Shown here: positions 1-11,978 of the stretch, piece by piece
How the letters are laid out: every line of letters starts with the position of its first letter
How positions within the stretch are numbered: position 1 is the stretch's first letter
Origin: an uncultured Acidobacteriota bacterium
Lineage (GTDB): Bacteria; Acidobacteriota; Thermoanaerobaculia; UBA5066
Assembly: GCA_963779415.1 (NCBI GenBank)
Contig: CAVZYA010000002.1
Location: 1,664,001-1,728,000, forward strand
Length of the DNA stretch: 64,000 bases
Direction: 5' to 3'
Position numbers and translations under genes: made by a program
The notes under the pieces: model-generated
What the model was told of the DNA's origin: nothing
Databases searched by the model: none
Seen by the model: the letters and a program-made list of their open reading frames with translations, nothing else

Positions 1-740
1 AGGAGCTCCTCTCGAAGAGCCGCGATTTTTTCGACAAGGCGATCCCTTCCGCTTCGGGCTCGTCCGCGCTGGCTCTCGCGCGCCTCGCGCGGAAGAGCGG
101 CGACGTGGCGCTCGCGCGCGAATCGGCGGAGGCGGTCCGCGAGGTATCCTGGCTGCTGGGCCGCTCGCCGCACGGGACGGAGTCGTGGTTCTTCGCCCTC
201 GAAGAGCTGCTGAAGTTCGAGAAGGAGAATCCGGGAACGGGCACCGGCGCCCTGCTCGCTTTGAGAGGCGACGGCAAAGCGGGCGCAACGTCCGAAGAGG
301 ACCTTTCTTCGAAGGTGAAAGAGGCGGGGGGACGGGCCGAAGCCACTTCCGCGGATGGCGTTCTCTCCGTCTCCTTTCCCTCGAAGCACCGCGCGAAGCG
401 CGGAACGGTTCTCTCGGATCCCGCTGACCTTCAGAGTCAAGGAAGGCTGGTACTTGCAGGGGGCGGACGGCATTCGCATCGAAGCAGCGGCGGCGGGCCG
501 GGTCTCGCCTCTCGAAGAATCTCCGCACCCTCGCCCGAACTCCGCCGTCCCCGGCGAAGAGCTCGGAACCTCGCCGCCTACTCGGGTTCTTTCAAAGCAG
601 ATCTCTCTTTCTCGGTCTCTTCTTCGGCGCCGGTGGGAGAGAGAACGGTCAGCGTGATCGTCCACTACCGCGCGTGCGGCGAGGGGGCGTGCCGGCCCGA
701 GGCGGCGCTTTCGCTTTCGATTCCTGTCGAGGTGGTCTGA
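1..740 (+). CDS. 3' part of a thioredoxin-domain protein (YyaL/SSP411 family) fused to a C-terminal DsbD-N-like domain; 5' partial, internal frameshifts
   Basis: Frame 3 from the window start reads ELLSKSRDFFDKAIPSASGSSALALARL (YyaL-type D..PS.N region). A shifted frame gives IPLTFRVKEGWYLQ, then HYRACGEGACRP...LSIPVEVV (DsbD-N-like CxxxxC). Confidence 0.65.
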   Translation, partial: ELLSKSRDFFDKAIPSASGSSALALARLARKSGDVALARESAEAVREVSWLLGRSPHGTESWFFALEELLKFEKENPGTGTGALLALRGDGKAGATSEEDLSSKVKEAGGRAEATSADGVLSVSFPSKHRAKRGTVLSDPADLQSQGRLVLAGGGRHSHRSSGGGPGLASRRISAPSPELRRPRRRARNLAAYSGSFKADLSFSVSSSAPVGERTVSVIVHYRACGEGACRPEAALSLSIPVEVV

Positions 741-746
741 CCCGGC

Positions 747-1517
747 TCAGCGCCTGTAGCTCTCGGGGCGTCTGTCCTTGAGAGCGCTGAAGCGGGCGCG
801 GGAGCTTTCGACCTCTTTCGGGTCGACGTCGACGACGAGGACGGTCTCGATCTCCGCGGCCGAGGCGAGGGTCTCGCCCCAGGGGGAGATCGCCGCCGAG
901 TCCCCCGCGTAGTGGATGCCGTCGCCGTCGCCGACGCGGTTGACGCCGAGGACGAAGGCCTGGTTCTCGATGGCGCGCGCCCGGAGGAGCGTCTGCCAGT
1001 GGGCGCGCCGGCGGTCGGGCCAGTTCGCGATGACGACGAAAGCATCAGTGGCGTCCGCGGCGAGGCGGAACGGCTCGGGGAAGCGGAGGTCGTAGCAGAC
1101 GAGGGGCGTGACCCGCGCGCCGGCGATCTCCCACGTCACGACGCGGTCCCCGCCGCCGAAAAACCTCTCCTCCCCGGCGAACGAGAAAGGATGAATCTTC
1201 GAATAGCGCCTCACCTCGCCGTCCGGCGAGACGAGGAGCGCGTTGTTGACCGGGAGCGGCGAACCGGTCTCGGCGACCCCGGCGATCAGGTGGATCGCGA
1301 GCTCGCGCGCCTTGCTCCGGAGCCACTGCTCGGTCGGCCCCCCTTCCGGCTGGGCGGTCTTCGCGACGTTCAGCGAGAAGCCGGTCGCGAACATCTCGGG
1401 AAGGATGGCGAGATCCGCTCCCGCCTCGACCGCGCGCTTCAGGTGCGCCGAGGCGATGGCGTGGCTGGCCGGCCAGTCCTCCCAGGCGATGTCCGTCTGG
1501 ATCAGGGCGGCGCGCAT
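747..1517 (-). CDS. carbon-nitrogen hydrolase (nitrilase / omega-amidase family)
   Basis: [16 protein letters not shown] and VCYDLRFPE motifs (E-K-C triad); ARAIENQ. Confidence 0.9.
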   Translation of the reverse strand: MRAALIQTDIAWEDWPASHAIASAHLKRAVEAGADLAILPEMFATGFSLNVAKTAQPEGGPTEQWLRSKARELAIHLIAGVAETGSPLPVNNALLVSPDGEVRRYSKIHPFSFAGEERFFGGGDRVVTWEIAGARVTPLVCYDLRFPEPFRLAADATDAFVVIANWPDRRRAHWQTLLRARAIENQAFVLGVNRVGDGDGIHYAGDSAAISPWGETLASAAEIETVLVVDVDPKEVESSRARFSALKDRRPESYRR

Positions 1518-1575
1518 GCCGGGATTATGGATTCGTTTCGTGGAGCCGGGCGGCGGTGCTAGCCTTTTCGCCCTC

Positions 1576-2991
1576 ATGGCGGCGACGCTCTACCGGAAAG
1601 TCTTCGATCTCCATACGGTGCGGAAGCTCCCGACGGGGCAGACGCAGCTCTTCATCGGGCTCCATCTCGTCCACGAGGTGACGAGCCCGCAGGCCTTCGA
1701 CATGGTCCGCGCCCGCGCCGGCCGCGTCCCCTTCCCGGGCCGGACGGTCGCGACGGTGGACCACATCGTCCCGACGGACGGATCGACCCGCCCCTTCCGC
1801 GACGTAATGGCCGAGGAGATGCTCCAGGCGCTCGAGCGAAACTGCCGCGAGTTCGGGATCCGGTTCTTCGAGCTGGGGTCGGAAGGGCAGGGGATCGTCC
1901 ACGTCATCGGCCCGGAGACGGGGCTGACGCAGCCGGGAATGACGATCGCCTGCGGAGACAGCCACACGTCGACGCACGGGGCGTTCGGGGCGCTCGCGTT
2001 CGGGATCGGGACATCGCAGGTGCGGGACGTCCTCGCCTCGCAGACGCTCGCCGTCGAGCCGCTGAAGGTCCGGCGGATCGAGGTCGATGGGGCGCTCGGG
2101 CGCGGGGTCTACTCGAAGGACGTCATCCTTGGAATTCTCGGCCGCCTCGGCGTGAAGGCGGGGGCAGGCTTCGCCTATGAGTACGGCGGCGCCGCCATCG
2201 AGGCGATGTCGATGGACGAGCGGATGACGCTCTGCAACATGACGATCGAAGGGGGAGCGCGGGCCGGCTACGTGAACCCCGACGCGACGACCTACGATTT
2301 CCTGAAGGGGCGCCCGTTCGCTCCGGCGGGGGAGGCGTGGGACCGCGCCGTGGCGTGGTGGACTTCGCTCGCCTCCGATCCGGGGGCGGCATACGACGAC
2401 GTCGTCCGGATGGACGGCTCGGCCCTCGAGCCGATGGTGACCTGGGGGATCAACCCGGGGCAGGTCGCGCCGGTGTCGGGGCGCGTGCCGAAACCCGGCG
2501 ACGCGCCGGCCGACGACCGTGCGTCGATCGTCGAGGCGCTCGACTACATGGGGCTCGAAGGAGGGCGCCCCGTCGCCGGGATCCCGGTCGACGTCGCCTT
2601 CATCGGCTCCTGCACGAATGGACGGCTCTCGGATCTTCGGGAAGCCGCGCGCGTGGCGAAGGGGCGCCGCGTGGCGAAGGGAGTGCGGGCGCTCGTCGTC
2701 CCCGGGTCGAATGCCGTCCGCGCCGCCGCCGAGCGGGAAGGGCTTCACGAGATCTTCCGCGAGGCCGGCTTCGAGTGGCGCGAGGCGGGCTGCTCGATGT
2801 GCCTCGCCATGAATCCGGACCGGCTCGTCGGACGCGAGACGTGCGCCTCCTCTTCGAACCGGAACTTCAAGGGAAGACAGGGGAGCCCGACCGGGCGAAC
2901 GCTCCTGATGAGCCCGGCGATGGTGGCGGCGGCCGCCGTCGCCGGCGAGGTGACCGACGTGAGGGCGTTGTTTCCGAAGGAGAAGTCGTGA
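1576..2991 (+). CDS. leuC: 3-isopropylmalate dehydratase large subunit
   Basis: [55 protein letters not shown]. Confidence 0.97.
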   Translation: MAATLYRKVFDLHTVRKLPTGQTQLFIGLHLVHEVTSPQAFDMVRARAGRVPFPGRTVATVDHIVPTDGSTRPFRDVMAEEMLQALERNCREFGIRFFELGSEGQGIVHVIGPETGLTQPGMTIACGDSHTSTHGAFGALAFGIGTSQVRDVLASQTLAVEPLKVRRIEVDGALGRGVYSKDVILGILGRLGVKAGAGFAYEYGGAAIEAMSMDERMTLCNMTIEGGARAGYVNPDATTYDFLKGRPFAPAGEAWDRAVAWWTSLASDPGAAYDDVVRMDGSALEPMVTWGINPGQVAPVSGRVPKPGDAPADDRASIVEALDYMGLEGGRPVAGIPVDVAFIGSCTNGRLSDLREAARVAKGRRVAKGVRALVVPGSNAVRAAAEREGLHEIFREAGFEWREAGCSMCLAMNPDRLVGRETCASSSNRNFKGRQGSPTGRTLLMSPAMVAAAAVAGEVTDVRALFPKEKS

Positions 2992-3614
2992 ACGTCTCCG
3001 CGATCCGCCGCATTGAAGGAAGGGCGCTGCCCCTCCCCGGCGACGACGTCGACACCGACCGGATCGTCCCCGCCCGCTTCCTCGTCTCCGTCACCTTCGA
3101 GGGGTTCGAGAGGCACGTCTTCGCGGACGACCGGGCCTCCCGCAGAGGGACGGGATCGCCCCATCCCTTCGACGAGCCCGATTTCGCGGAGGCGTCGGTC
3201 CTCCTCGTGAACCGGAACTTCGGATGCGGGTCGTCGCGCGAGCACGCCCCGCAGGCGCTTCAGCGCTGGGGGATCCGGGCGATCGTCGGGGAGTCGTTCT
3301 CCGAGATCTTCTTCGGCAATTCGCTGGCGCTCGGCCTTCCATGCGTGATCGCAGCGCCCGATGCGATCCACGCCCTCCAGAAAGCCGTCCTTCGCGACCC
3401 GCACCTTCAGGTCGAGGTGGACCTCGCCGCGAGGACCCTCCGCGCCGGGACGATCTCGGCCCCGATCTCGCTCCCCGACTCCATTCGCGAGGCATTTCTC
3501 TCCGGCGGCTGGGATGCCACGGGCCTTCTTCTGGAACGTTTCGAAGAGGTCGAGGCCGTCGCGAAAAAACTGCCGTACGTGTCAGGGTTTCAGGCCGGGC
3601 GATTTGTTTCTTGA
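2988..3614 (+). CDS. leuD: 3-isopropylmalate dehydratase small subunit
   Basis: [28 protein letters not shown]; GTGA overlap with the leuC stop. Confidence 0.95.
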   Translation: MNVSAIRRIEGRALPLPGDDVDTDRIVPARFLVSVTFEGFERHVFADDRASRRGTGSPHPFDEPDFAEASVLLVNRNFGCGSSREHAPQALQRWGIRAIVGESFSEIFFGNSLALGLPCVIAAPDAIHALQKAVLRDPHLQVEVDLAARTLRAGTISAPISLPDSIREAFLSGGWDATGLLLERFEEVEAVAKKLPYVSGFQAGRFVS

Positions 3615-3639
3615 CACGCGTCCCCGAAGTCCGTAGGGT
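3611..3639 (+). promoter_or_regulatory. sigma70-type promoter of the ilv-leu operon
   Basis: TTGACA (3611-3616), 17-bp spacer, TAGGGT (3634-3639); the -35 box overlaps the leuD stop codon. Confidence 0.75.
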
Positions 3640-3673
3640 TCGCCTTCAAATGTTGAGCAGGAACCAGACCCCC

Positions 3674-3778
3674 ATGTTTACCCGGTCGGCCGACATCGGC
3701 CGTCCGATGGACGGGGTCGTCCTCCTGCTTAGCGGGGTCATCGTCCTCGTCCTTACAGGCGAGGTGCAGGCGCCCTGA
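3674..3778 (+). CDS. ilv-type attenuator leader peptide (alternative starts at 3650 or 3707)
   Basis: MFTRSADIGRPMDGVVLLLSGVIVLVLTGEVQAP*: run of Val/Leu/Ile codons lying between the promoter and the terminator, upstream of ilvD. Confidence 0.8.
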   Translation: MFTRSADIGRPMDGVVLLLSGVIVLVLTGEVQAP

Positions 3779-3802
3779 TCAAGCAGTAGGTCAGAGAACA
3801 AC

Positions 3803-3840
3803 GCCCCGCACCTCGCCGAGGTCGCGGGGCTTTTCGTTTT
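3803..3840 (+). terminator. attenuator intrinsic terminator
   Basis: GCCCCGCACCTC-GCC-GAGGTCGCGGGGC stem followed by TTTTCGTTTT; 3808-3817 is the exact reverse complement of leader bases 3758-3767 (antiterminator pairing). Confidence 0.85.
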
Positions 3841-3880
3841 CGGCCCCGCGTCATCCCGACGAGGCCCGGCGGGTAACGCA

Positions 3881-5563
3881 ATGGAGGCCGGACCGGTGTT
3901 CAGCGATGTCGTGAAAAAGGGTCCCGCGCGCGCCCCGGCGCGGGCGATGCTCCGGGCCACCGGCCTCTCCGGAGCCGACATCGAGCGTCCGCTCGTGGCG
4001 GTCGCGAATACCTGGACCGAGGTCACTCCCTGCAACCTCCACCTCCGCCGCCTCGCGATGAAGGTGAAGGAGGGGATCCGGGCGGCGGGGGGGACTCCGA
4101 TCGAGTGCAACACGATCGCCATCTCGGACGGGATCTCGATGGGGACCGACGGAATGCGCGCCTCGCTCGTCTCGCGCGAGGTGATCGCCGACTCGATCGA
4201 GCTGTTCGTCAGCGGGCACTCCTTCGACGCCGTCGTGGCGATTTCGGGCTGCGACAAGACGATCCCGGGGACGGTGATGGCGATCGCGCGCCTCGACCTT
4301 CCCGCGGTGGCGCTCTACGGAGGCTCGATCCAGCCCGGGAGCTACCACGGCACCGACATCACGATTCAGGACGTCTTCGAGGCCGTGGGCGCCTTCTCGG
4401 CCGGGAAGATGAACGAGGGCGAGCTGCGCGCCATCGAGGAGCGGGCCTGCCCCGGCGCCGGGTCGTGCGGCGGACAGTTCACGGCCAACACGATGGCGAC
4501 GGCTCTCACGTTCCTCGGGATCTCGCCGATGGGGGCGAACGACGTCCCCGCCACCGATCCGCGCAAGGACGACGTGGCGTACGCCTGCGGCCAGCGGGTG
4601 ATGGGGCTCCTGAAGGAGGGGCTGACGCCGCGACGGATCCTGACCCGGGCCGCCTTCGAGAACGCGATCGCTTCCGTGGCCGCCACCGGCGGCTCGACGA
4701 ATGCCGTCCTCCATCTCCTCGCGATCGCGCGCGAGGCGGGGGTCCCGCTCGCGCTGGACGACTTCGACGCGATCTCCGGCCGGACGCCGATCCTCGCCGA
4801 CCTGAAGCCGGCGGGCCGGTTCACGGCGGTGGACATGGAGCACGCGGGAGGCGCCCGCCTCGTGGCGAAGCGTCTGGCCGACGCGGGCCTTCTCTCGGAC
4901 GCCCTCACGGTCACGGGCCGGACGATCTTCGAAGAGGCGAGGAGCGCCGTCGAGACGCCCGGGCAGGCCGTCATCCGCCCCGTCGGGCGCCCCGTGAAAC
5001 CGTCCGGCGGCCTCGCCATCCTCCGCGGCTCGCTCGCGCCGGAAGGGTGCGTCGCGAAGCTCGTGGGGCACGAGCGGACGAAGCATGTCGGTCCGGCGCG
5101 CGTTTTCGACGGCGAGGCCGCCGCGTTCGAAGCGGTCCAGAACCGGCGGATCCGCGAAGGGGACGTCGTCGTCATCCGGTACGAGGGGCCGAAGGGAGCG
5201 CCCGGGATGCCGGAGATGCTCGGTGTCACCGCCGCTCTCGTCGGGCAGGGGCTCGGGGGGTCGGTGGCGTTGATCACCGACGGCCGCTTCAGCGGCGCGA
5301 CGCACGGCCTCATGGTCGGACACGTCGCCCCCGAGGCCGCCTCCGGCGGCCCGATCGCCCTCCTCGAGGAAGGGGACCCGATCACGATCGACGTCAAGGC
5401 GCGCCGCCTCGACGTGGACGCCCCTCTCGAGGCGCGCCGCCGGACGTTCCGGCCGAGGGCCCCGCGCGCCACGACCGGAGCGCTCGCCAAGTACGCCCGC
5501 CTCGTCTCGTCCGCCTCGGAAGGGGCGATCACCGGATTCGCGCCCGAAGGAGCCCGCGCATGA
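3881..5563 (+). CDS. ilvD: dihydroxy-acid dehydratase
   Basis: [39 protein letters not shown]. Confidence 0.97.
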   Translation: MEAGPVFSDVVKKGPARAPARAMLRATGLSGADIERPLVAVANTWTEVTPCNLHLRRLAMKVKEGIRAAGGTPIECNTIAISDGISMGTDGMRASLVSREVIADSIELFVSGHSFDAVVAISGCDKTIPGTVMAIARLDLPAVALYGGSIQPGSYHGTDITIQDVFEAVGAFSAGKMNEGELRAIEERACPGAGSCGGQFTANTMATALTFLGISPMGANDVPATDPRKDDVAYACGQRVMGLLKEGLTPRRILTRAAFENAIASVAATGGSTNAVLHLLAIAREAGVPLALDDFDAISGRTPILADLKPAGRFTAVDMEHAGGARLVAKRLADAGLLSDALTVTGRTIFEEARSAVETPGQAVIRPVGRPVKPSGGLAILRGSLAPEGCVAKLVGHERTKHVGPARVFDGEAAAFEAVQNRRIREGDVVVIRYEGPKGAPGMPEMLGVTAALVGQGLGGSVALITDGRFSGATHGLMVGHVAPEAASGGPIALLEEGDPITIDVKARRLDVDAPLEARRRTFRPRAPRATTGALAKYARLVSSASEGAITGFAPEGARA

Positions 5564-7293
5564 GCACCGTCCTCCGCACGGACACCGAAACCCGCCCGCG
5601 CGTTCGCGCCGCCCGTCTCTTCGTCGACGAGCTGGTCCGGCTCGGCGTCACGCACGTCTTCGGCCATCCGGGGGGCGCGGCGCTTCCGCTCTACGACGCG
5701 CTCTACGACACCCCGGCCATCACGCACCTTCTCGTCCGGCACGAGCAGAGCGGCGCGCACGCGGCCGAAGGGTTCGCTCGGGCCACGGGGCGCCCCGGCG
5801 TCTGCATCGCGACCTCCGGCCCCGGCGCGACGAACCTGATCACCGGCCTCGCCGACGCGATGATGGACTCGACGCCGATCGTCGCCCTGACGGCGCAGGT
5901 GCCGACGCACCTGATCGGGCGGGACGGCTTCCAGGAAGCGGACGTCGTCGGCCTGACGCAGCCGGTCACGAAGCACAACTGGCTCGTCCGCGACGCGGAG
6001 AGCCTCGTTCCGACGATCCGGAAGGCGTTCCGGACGGCGACGTCCGGACGCCAGGGCCCCGTTCTCGTCGACATCCCGCGCGACTTCCTGCAGGTCGAGA
6101 TCGAGGAGGCCGAGGAGGACGCCGAGGCGGCGCCGCGGGGGCGCCACGCCGAGGCTTCGGCTCTTCGGCATGCGGCGCTCGCAATCTCGAACGCGCGGCG
6201 TCCGGTTCTCTACGTCGGCGGCGGCGTCATCTCGTCGGGCGCGTCGGAAGAGCTGCGGCGTCTCGCGCGGAAGGCGCGGATCCCCGTCACGACGACCCTG
6301 ATGGGGAAGGGGGCCTACCCCGAGACCGACCCGCAGGCGCTCGGGATGCTCGGAATGCACGGCACGGCGTACGCGAACTGGGCGATCCACGAGAGCGACC
6401 TGATCATCGCCGTCGGCGTCCGGTTCGACGACCGCGTCACGCTGAAGATCGCGGCGTGGGCGCCGCACGCGCGGATCGTCCATATCGACGTGGACGAGGC
6501 GGAGATCGGAAAGAACCGGAAGGCGGACTACCCGCTCGCCGGCGACGCGCGGACCGTCCTCCACCAGCTGATCCCGCTCGTCGGCGCCCCCGACACGAAG
6601 GGGTGGTGGGAGCGGATCGAGGAGCTGAAGGCGCAGTACCCGCTCCGGTACTTCCAGGGGGAGGAGACGATCCTCCCGCAGTTCGCCATCGAGCGTCTCT
6701 GGGAGAAGACGAGGGGCCGGCGCCCGGTCCTGACGACCGACGTCGGGCAGCACCAGATGTGGGCGGCGCAGTACTGGAAGTGCGACGAGCCTCGGACCTT
6801 CATCACGTCGGGCGGCCTCGGGACGATGGGGTTCGGCCTCCCCGCCGCGATGGGGGCGCAGTGCGGCCTGCCGGACCGGCTCGTCATCAACCTGAACGGC
6901 GACGGGAGCTTCCAGCAGACGATGCAGGCGCTGATCACCGCCGCCGAGGCGAAGCTCCCGATCAAGGTCGTCATCCTCGACAACGGAAATCTCGGGATGG
7001 TCCGGCAGTGGCAGGAGCTCTTCTACGGGAAGCGGTACATCTCCGTGGCGATGTCGAACCCGGACTTCGCGAAGATCGCCGAAGCGATGGGGGCCGCGGC
7101 ATTCAGCGCCCGGCGCCCCGGGGAGCTGGACGCGGCGTACGACGCGATGCTCGCCGTGACGGACCGTCCCGCGGTCGCCCACGTCGTCGTCGAGCCGTCG
7201 GAGAACTGCTATCCGATCTGGCCCGCCGGCGTCGGGATCGAGGGGATGATCCCGCGGGATCCGCGGCACGAGGGCGAGGAGGCTTCCCGATGA
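5560..7293 (+). CDS. ilvB: acetolactate synthase large subunit
   Basis: [31 protein letters not shown]...N ThDP motif. Confidence 0.96.
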   Translation: MSTVLRTDTETRPRVRAARLFVDELVRLGVTHVFGHPGGAALPLYDALYDTPAITHLLVRHEQSGAHAAEGFARATGRPGVCIATSGPGATNLITGLADAMMDSTPIVALTAQVPTHLIGRDGFQEADVVGLTQPVTKHNWLVRDAESLVPTIRKAFRTATSGRQGPVLVDIPRDFLQVEIEEAEEDAEAAPRGRHAEASALRHAALAISNARRPVLYVGGGVISSGASEELRRLARKARIPVTTTLMGKGAYPETDPQALGMLGMHGTAYANWAIHESDLIIAVGVRFDDRVTLKIAAWAPHARIVHIDVDEAEIGKNRKADYPLAGDARTVLHQLIPLVGAPDTKGWWERIEELKAQYPLRYFQGEETILPQFAIERLWEKTRGRRPVLTTDVGQHQMWAAQYWKCDEPRTFITSGGLGTMGFGLPAAMGAQCGLPDRLVINLNGDGSFQQTMQALITAAEAKLPIKVVILDNGNLGMVRQWQELFYGKRYISVAMSNPDFAKIAEAMGAAAFSARRPGELDAAYDAMLAVTDRPAVAHVVVEPSENCYPIWPAGVGIEGMIPRDPRHEGEEASR

Positions 7294-7565
7294 AGCGGAC
7301 CATCGTCGCCCACGTCGAGAACGTCCCCGGGATCCTCGCGCGCGTGGACGGCCTCTTCCGCCGCCACACCCTTCCGATCGAGAGCCTCTTTCTCGAGGCC
7401 GGAAGCGGAGCGACTGCCCGTCTCACGGTCGTCCTCCGGGCGTCGGCCGACGCCGCCGCCCTCGTCGTCCGTCAGATGCGTCGCCTCGGCGACGTGCGGG
7501 AGGCCCACGAGGCCGGTCCCGAGATTTCCCACGACACCGTCGCCCGCCTCCGCCCCGCCGGCTGA
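7290..7565 (+). CDS. ilvN: acetolactate synthase small subunit (single ACT domain)
   Basis: [25 protein letters not shown] motif; position between ilvB and ilvC. Confidence 0.85.
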   Translation: MKRTIVAHVENVPGILARVDGLFRRHTLPIESLFLEAGSGATARLTVVLRASADAAALVVRQMRRLGDVREAHEAGPEISHDTVARLRPAG

Positions 7566-7591
7566 GGAGGAGAGAGAGCAAGGAGTTCGAG

Positions 7592-8605
7592 ATGGCCAAG
7601 ATCTACTACGACAAGGACGCCGACGTCTCCCGGCTGAAGGGGCGGACCGTGGCCGTGATCGGCTACGGCAGCCAGGGGCATGCCCACGCCCTGAACCTCC
7701 GCGACAGCGGCGTCTCCGTCCTCGTGGGGCTCCACGACACGTCGGCTTCCGCCGCGAAGGCGCGCGCCGAGAAGCTGACGGTTCTCTCCGTCGACGAGGC
7801 GGCGCGGCGCGCGGAGATCATCATGATCCTGACCCCGGACACGGGGCAGAAGAAGCTCTACGAAGAGGCGATCGCGCCGCACCTCGGGAAGGGAAAGACG
7901 CTCCTTTTCGCCCACGGCTTCAACATCCGCTTCGGCCAGATCGTCCCGCCGCCGGACGTGGACGTCGCGATGATCGCTCCGAAGGCGCCGGGGCACCGCG
8001 TCCGCGAGCTGTACAAGGACGGCGAGGGGACGCCGGCTCTCGTCGCGATCGACCAGAACGCGAGCGGCCACGCCCGCGAGGACGCTCTGGCGTACGCCAA
8101 GGCCCTCGGCTGCACGCGGGCGGGGGTCCTCGAGACGACCTTCGCCGAGGAGACGGAGACCGACCTCTTCGGCGAGCAGGCCGTCCTCTGCGGCGGCGTT
8201 TCGGCCCTCGTGAAGGCGGGCTTCGAGACGCTGGTGGCCGCGGGGTACCAGCCCGAGGTCGCGTACTTCGAGTGCCTCCACGAGCTGAAGCTCATCGTCG
8301 ACCTCTTCTACCGGGGAGGCCTCAACTACATGCGCTACTCCGTGAGCGACACGGCCGAGTACGGCGACTACACCGCCGGGCCGCGCCTCGTCACGGACGG
8401 GACGCGCGCCGAGATGAAGAAGCTCCTCGCGGAGATCCAGGAAGGCGTCTTCGCCGAGAAGTGGATCGCCGAGAACGCCGCGGGGCGGCCGAACTTCGAG
8501 AGGCAGCGGGAGGCGGAGCGGGAGCATCAAATCGAGAAGGTCGGCAGGGAGCTTCGCGACCGGATGCCCTTTCTCCATCCCGTCGTCGTGGACCGGGTGG
8601 CCTGA
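7592..8605 (+). CDS. ilvC: ketol-acid reductoisomerase
   Basis: [35 protein letters not shown]. Confidence 0.97.
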   Translation: MAKIYYDKDADVSRLKGRTVAVIGYGSQGHAHALNLRDSGVSVLVGLHDTSASAAKARAEKLTVLSVDEAARRAEIIMILTPDTGQKKLYEEAIAPHLGKGKTLLFAHGFNIRFGQIVPPPDVDVAMIAPKAPGHRVRELYKDGEGTPALVAIDQNASGHAREDALAYAKALGCTRAGVLETTFAEETETDLFGEQAVLCGGVSALVKAGFETLVAAGYQPEVAYFECLHELKLIVDLFYRGGLNYMRYSVSDTAEYGDYTAGPRLVTDGTRAEMKKLLAEIQEGVFAEKWIAENAAGRPNFERQREAEREHQIEKVGRELRDRMPFLHPVVVDRVA

Positions 8606-8606
8606 G

Positions 8607-9899
8607 ATGGAGACGAACGACATCCGCCGCATCGTCATCTTCGACACGACCCTGCGCGACGGCGAGCAGGCCCCGGGCTACTCGCTCCGCCACGACGAGA
8701 AGCTCCGCTTCGCGCGGACGCTCGACGAGCTGGGGGTGGACGTCATCGAGGCCGGCTTCCCGATCGCGTCCGCCGACGACTTCGAGGCCGTCCGCGCCGT
8801 CGCGAAGGACGTACGGCGCCCGGCCGTGGCCGGCCTCGCCCGCAGCGTCCCGGCCGACATCGACCGGGCCGGCGCGGCGCTGGAGGGGGCCGCTCACCCC
8901 CGGATGCACGTCTTCATCGCGACGTCGGACCTGCACCTTTCGCGCAAGCTCGGCATCTCCCGCGAGCAGGCGCTCGAGGCGGCGGTGACCGGCGTCGAGC
9001 GCGCCCGCCGCTTCGCGGACGACGTGGAGTTCTCCGCCGAGGACGCGACGCGGAGCGACCCGGACTTCCTCGCGGCGATCGTCGCGGCGGTCGCCAATGC
9101 CGGGGCGACGACGGTGAATCTTCCCGACACGGTCGGCTACTCGGTCCCCGAGGAGATCCGCGAGATGTTCCGGAGGGTGCGGGCGCACCTCCCGGCCGGG
9201 AGGGACGTGATCCTCTCCGCCCACTGCCACAACGACCTCGGCCTCGCCGTGGCGAACTCGATCGCCGCGATCGAGGGGGGCGCCCGGCAGATCGAGTGCA
9301 CGGTGAACGGCATCGGAGAGCGGGCCGGGAACGCCTCGCTGGAGGAGTTCGCGATGGCCCTCAGGGTCCGCGGCGACCGGCTTCCCTTCGAGACGGGGAT
9401 CCGGACGCCGGTCCTCTTCGCCGCGAGCCAGCTCCTCTCCGAGCTGACCGGCGAGGCCGTCCAGGCGAACAAGGCGATCGTCGGGCGGAACGCCTTCGCC
9501 CACGAGGCGGGGATCCACCAGGACGGCCTCCTGAAGGACCGACGGACTTACGAGATCATGCGGGCCGAGGACGTCGGCCGCCCGAGCGCGACGCTCGTCC
9601 TCGGAAAGCACTCAGGGCGCCATGCGGTCAAGGCGCGCTGCGAAGCGCTGAAGATCACGCTGACCCGCTTCGAGCTGGACGACGTCTACCGGCGGATGAT
9701 CCTTCTTTCCGAGCGGAAGAAGGCCGTGGAGGACCCGGACCTCCTCGAGATGGTCGAGGAGATGCGCCGGGCCGAGGCGCGGCGCGCGGCCCCGACGCCC
9801 GTGGCCTCGGGGCCTTCCGCCGGGACGGCCCCGGCCCGCCGTCCGCGCTGGGACTCCCCGGCCGCGATCGACGAGCCGGGATACGGCTTCGGAGTCTGA
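8607..9899 (+). CDS. leuA: 2-isopropylmalate synthase, short form without the C-terminal regulatory domain
   Basis: [39 protein letters not shown]; 430 aa. Confidence 0.93.
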   Translation: METNDIRRIVIFDTTLRDGEQAPGYSLRHDEKLRFARTLDELGVDVIEAGFPIASADDFEAVRAVAKDVRRPAVAGLARSVPADIDRAGAALEGAAHPRMHVFIATSDLHLSRKLGISREQALEAAVTGVERARRFADDVEFSAEDATRSDPDFLAAIVAAVANAGATTVNLPDTVGYSVPEEIREMFRRVRAHLPAGRDVILSAHCHNDLGLAVANSIAAIEGGARQIECTVNGIGERAGNASLEEFAMALRVRGDRLPFETGIRTPVLFAASQLLSELTGEAVQANKAIVGRNAFAHEAGIHQDGLLKDRRTYEIMRAEDVGRPSATLVLGKHSGRHAVKARCEALKITLTRFELDDVYRRMILLSERKKAVEDPDLLEMVEEMRRAEARRAAPTPVASGPSAGTAPARRPRWDSPAAIDEPGYGFGV

Positions 9900-10982
9900 G
9901 TGGGAAGACGCGCGCGGATCGCCCTCCTCCCTGGCGACGGCATCGGCCCCGAGGTGGCCGCCGCCGCCGTGAGGGTGCTGGAGAGCGTTGCCGCGCGGCA
10001 CGGGCACGTCTTCACGTTCGACACGCGCCCGATCGGCGCCGCGGCGCTCCGCGCCGGAGAATCGCCGCTCCCCGACGCGACGCGGAAAGCCTGCCTCTCC
10101 TCCGACGCCGTCTTCCTCGCCGCCGTCGGCGATCCGGCTTTCGACGCTGCGCCGCCGGAAAAGCGCCCCGAGGCGGGGCTCCTCGCGCTCCGGAAGGCCC
10201 TCGGCGTCTACGCGAACCTCCGGCCGGGACGGCTCTTCGCCGGCCTGAACGGGGCGGGTCCCCTCAAGCCCGAGATCGCGCGCGGCCTCGACCTCGTCAT
10301 CGTCCGCGAGCTGACGGGGGGCCTCTACTACGGAACGCCGCGTCGCCTCGATCTGGCGGCCGGGACGGCCGTCAACACCCTTCCCTACACCCGCGGCGAG
10401 ATCGTCCGCGTGGCCGAGGTCGCCTTTCGGATCGCCGAGGGGCGGCGGAAGCTCGTGACGTCGGTCGACAAGTCGAACGTCCTCGAGACGTCGCAGCTCT
10501 GGCGCGCCGTCGTGACCGAGGTCGCCACGCGGCACCCGGACGTGAGGCTCGAGCACCAGCTCGTCGACTCGTGCGCGATGAGCCTTGTGGCGAACCCCTC
10601 CCGCTTCGACGTCCTCGTCATGGAGAACCTCTTCGGGGACATCCTCTCCGACGAGGTCGGGGCGCTCGTCGGGTCGCTGGGGCTCCTCCCGTCCGCGAGC
10701 CTGGGGGACGGGCCGGGGCTCTTCGAGCCGGTGCATGGCTCGGCTCCGGCGCTCGCCGGAAAGAACGTCGCGAACCCGGTCGGCGCGATCGCCTCGGCTG
10801 CGCTTCTCCTCAGGCACGGCCTCTCGCTCCCCGCGGAGGCCGATGCCGTCGAGCGCGCCGTCGAGAAAGTCCTCGCCGCCGGGGCTCGGACCCAGGACCT
10901 TCTGCCGCCCGGATCCGCCGGCGCGGCTTCCACCACCGGCATGACCGACGCCATCGTGACCGCGCTCGAGACGGCGCACTGA
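9900..10982 (+). CDS. leuB: 3-isopropylmalate dehydrogenase
   Basis: PGDGIGPEV, VRELTGGLYYG, NLFGDILSD, EPVHGSAP. Confidence 0.96.
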   Translation: MGRRARIALLPGDGIGPEVAAAAVRVLESVAARHGHVFTFDTRPIGAAALRAGESPLPDATRKACLSSDAVFLAAVGDPAFDAAPPEKRPEAGLLALRKALGVYANLRPGRLFAGLNGAGPLKPEIARGLDLVIVRELTGGLYYGTPRRLDLAAGTAVNTLPYTRGEIVRVAEVAFRIAEGRRKLVTSVDKSNVLETSQLWRAVVTEVATRHPDVRLEHQLVDSCAMSLVANPSRFDVLVMENLFGDILSDEVGALVGSLGLLPSASLGDGPGLFEPVHGSAPALAGKNVANPVGAIASAALLLRHGLSLPAEADAVERAVEKVLAAGARTQDLLPPGSAGAASTTGMTDAIVTALETAH

Positions 10983-10992
10983 AAGGTACCCC

Positions 10993-11965
10993 ATGGCCGC
11001 CAAGACCATCGAGACGAAGACCATCTGGATGAACGGGGAGTTCGTGGACGCCGCGAAGGCGACGGTCTCCTTCCTGACGCCCGGCTTTCACTACGGGATC
11101 GGAGTTTTCGAGGGAATCCGCTGCTACGCGACCGCGGAGGGCCCGGCAGTCTTCCGGCTCCGCGAGCACGTGGACCGGCTTCTCGAGTCGGCGCGGTGCC
11201 TCGGCTTCCGCGAGGTTCCCTGGTCCGCCGCCGACCTGATCGCGGCCATCGAGGAGACGATCGTCCGTAACGGCTACGACGAGTGCTACATCCGCCCGCT
11301 CATCTGGCTCGACGCCGGCGGCTGGAACCTGAACATCGACGGCGGGACCCCGTCTCTCGGCATCGCCGTCTGGCCGTGGAAGGACTACCTCGGCCCCGAC
11401 GCCCTGAAGAAGGGGATCCGCGCGAACGTCTCCTCGATCACCCGCCACCACCCGAACGCGACGGCGACGAAGGCGAAGATCAGCGGGAACTACGTCAACA
11501 GCTTCCTCGCGAAGACCGAGTCGGTCCGGCTCGGGTTCGACGAGGCGATCCTCCTCGATCCGGACGGCTACGTCGCCGAATGCACGGGGGCGAATCTCTT
11601 CGTCGTCCGGGGCGGGAAGATCTTCACGCCCCCCGCGGCGCCGGTCCTCGAGGGGATCACGCGGGACTCCATCATGACGCTCGCCGGCGACCACGGCATC
11701 CCGGTCGTCGAGGGCCTCATGTCGCGCGATCAGCTCTACATCGCCGACGAGGTCTTCGTCTGCGGCACGGCGGCCGAGTGCGTCGCCCTTTGCGAGATCG
11801 ACTTCAGGAAGATCGGCTCGGGCGAAGCCGGCCCGGTGACGCGTGCGCTTCAGGCGGCCTATCACGGCGCCGTCACGTGGCGAGGATCCGCGCTCCGACG
11901 GGTGGTGCCATCCGGTCGAGAAGGCCGCGCCGCGCCGGGTCGCCTCCTTCGGCCGCCGGCGCTGA
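10993..11965 (+). CDS. ilvE: branched-chain amino acid aminotransferase (apparent +1 indel near 11878)
   Basis: HYGIGVFEGIR, AKISGNY, LEGITR, CGTAAE; removing one base restores ...AVTGEDPRSDGWCHPV, with a stop at 11965. Confidence 0.92.
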
Positions 11966-11978
11966 GACCCCGGCCCTC

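Noticed and set aside
4366-7269. Very long antisense or alternate-frame ORFs (e.g. 967 aa here; also 46940-49687 and 54124-57048)
   Set aside because: Shadow ORFs expected from high GC3 codon bias opposite real genes; no recognisable motifs
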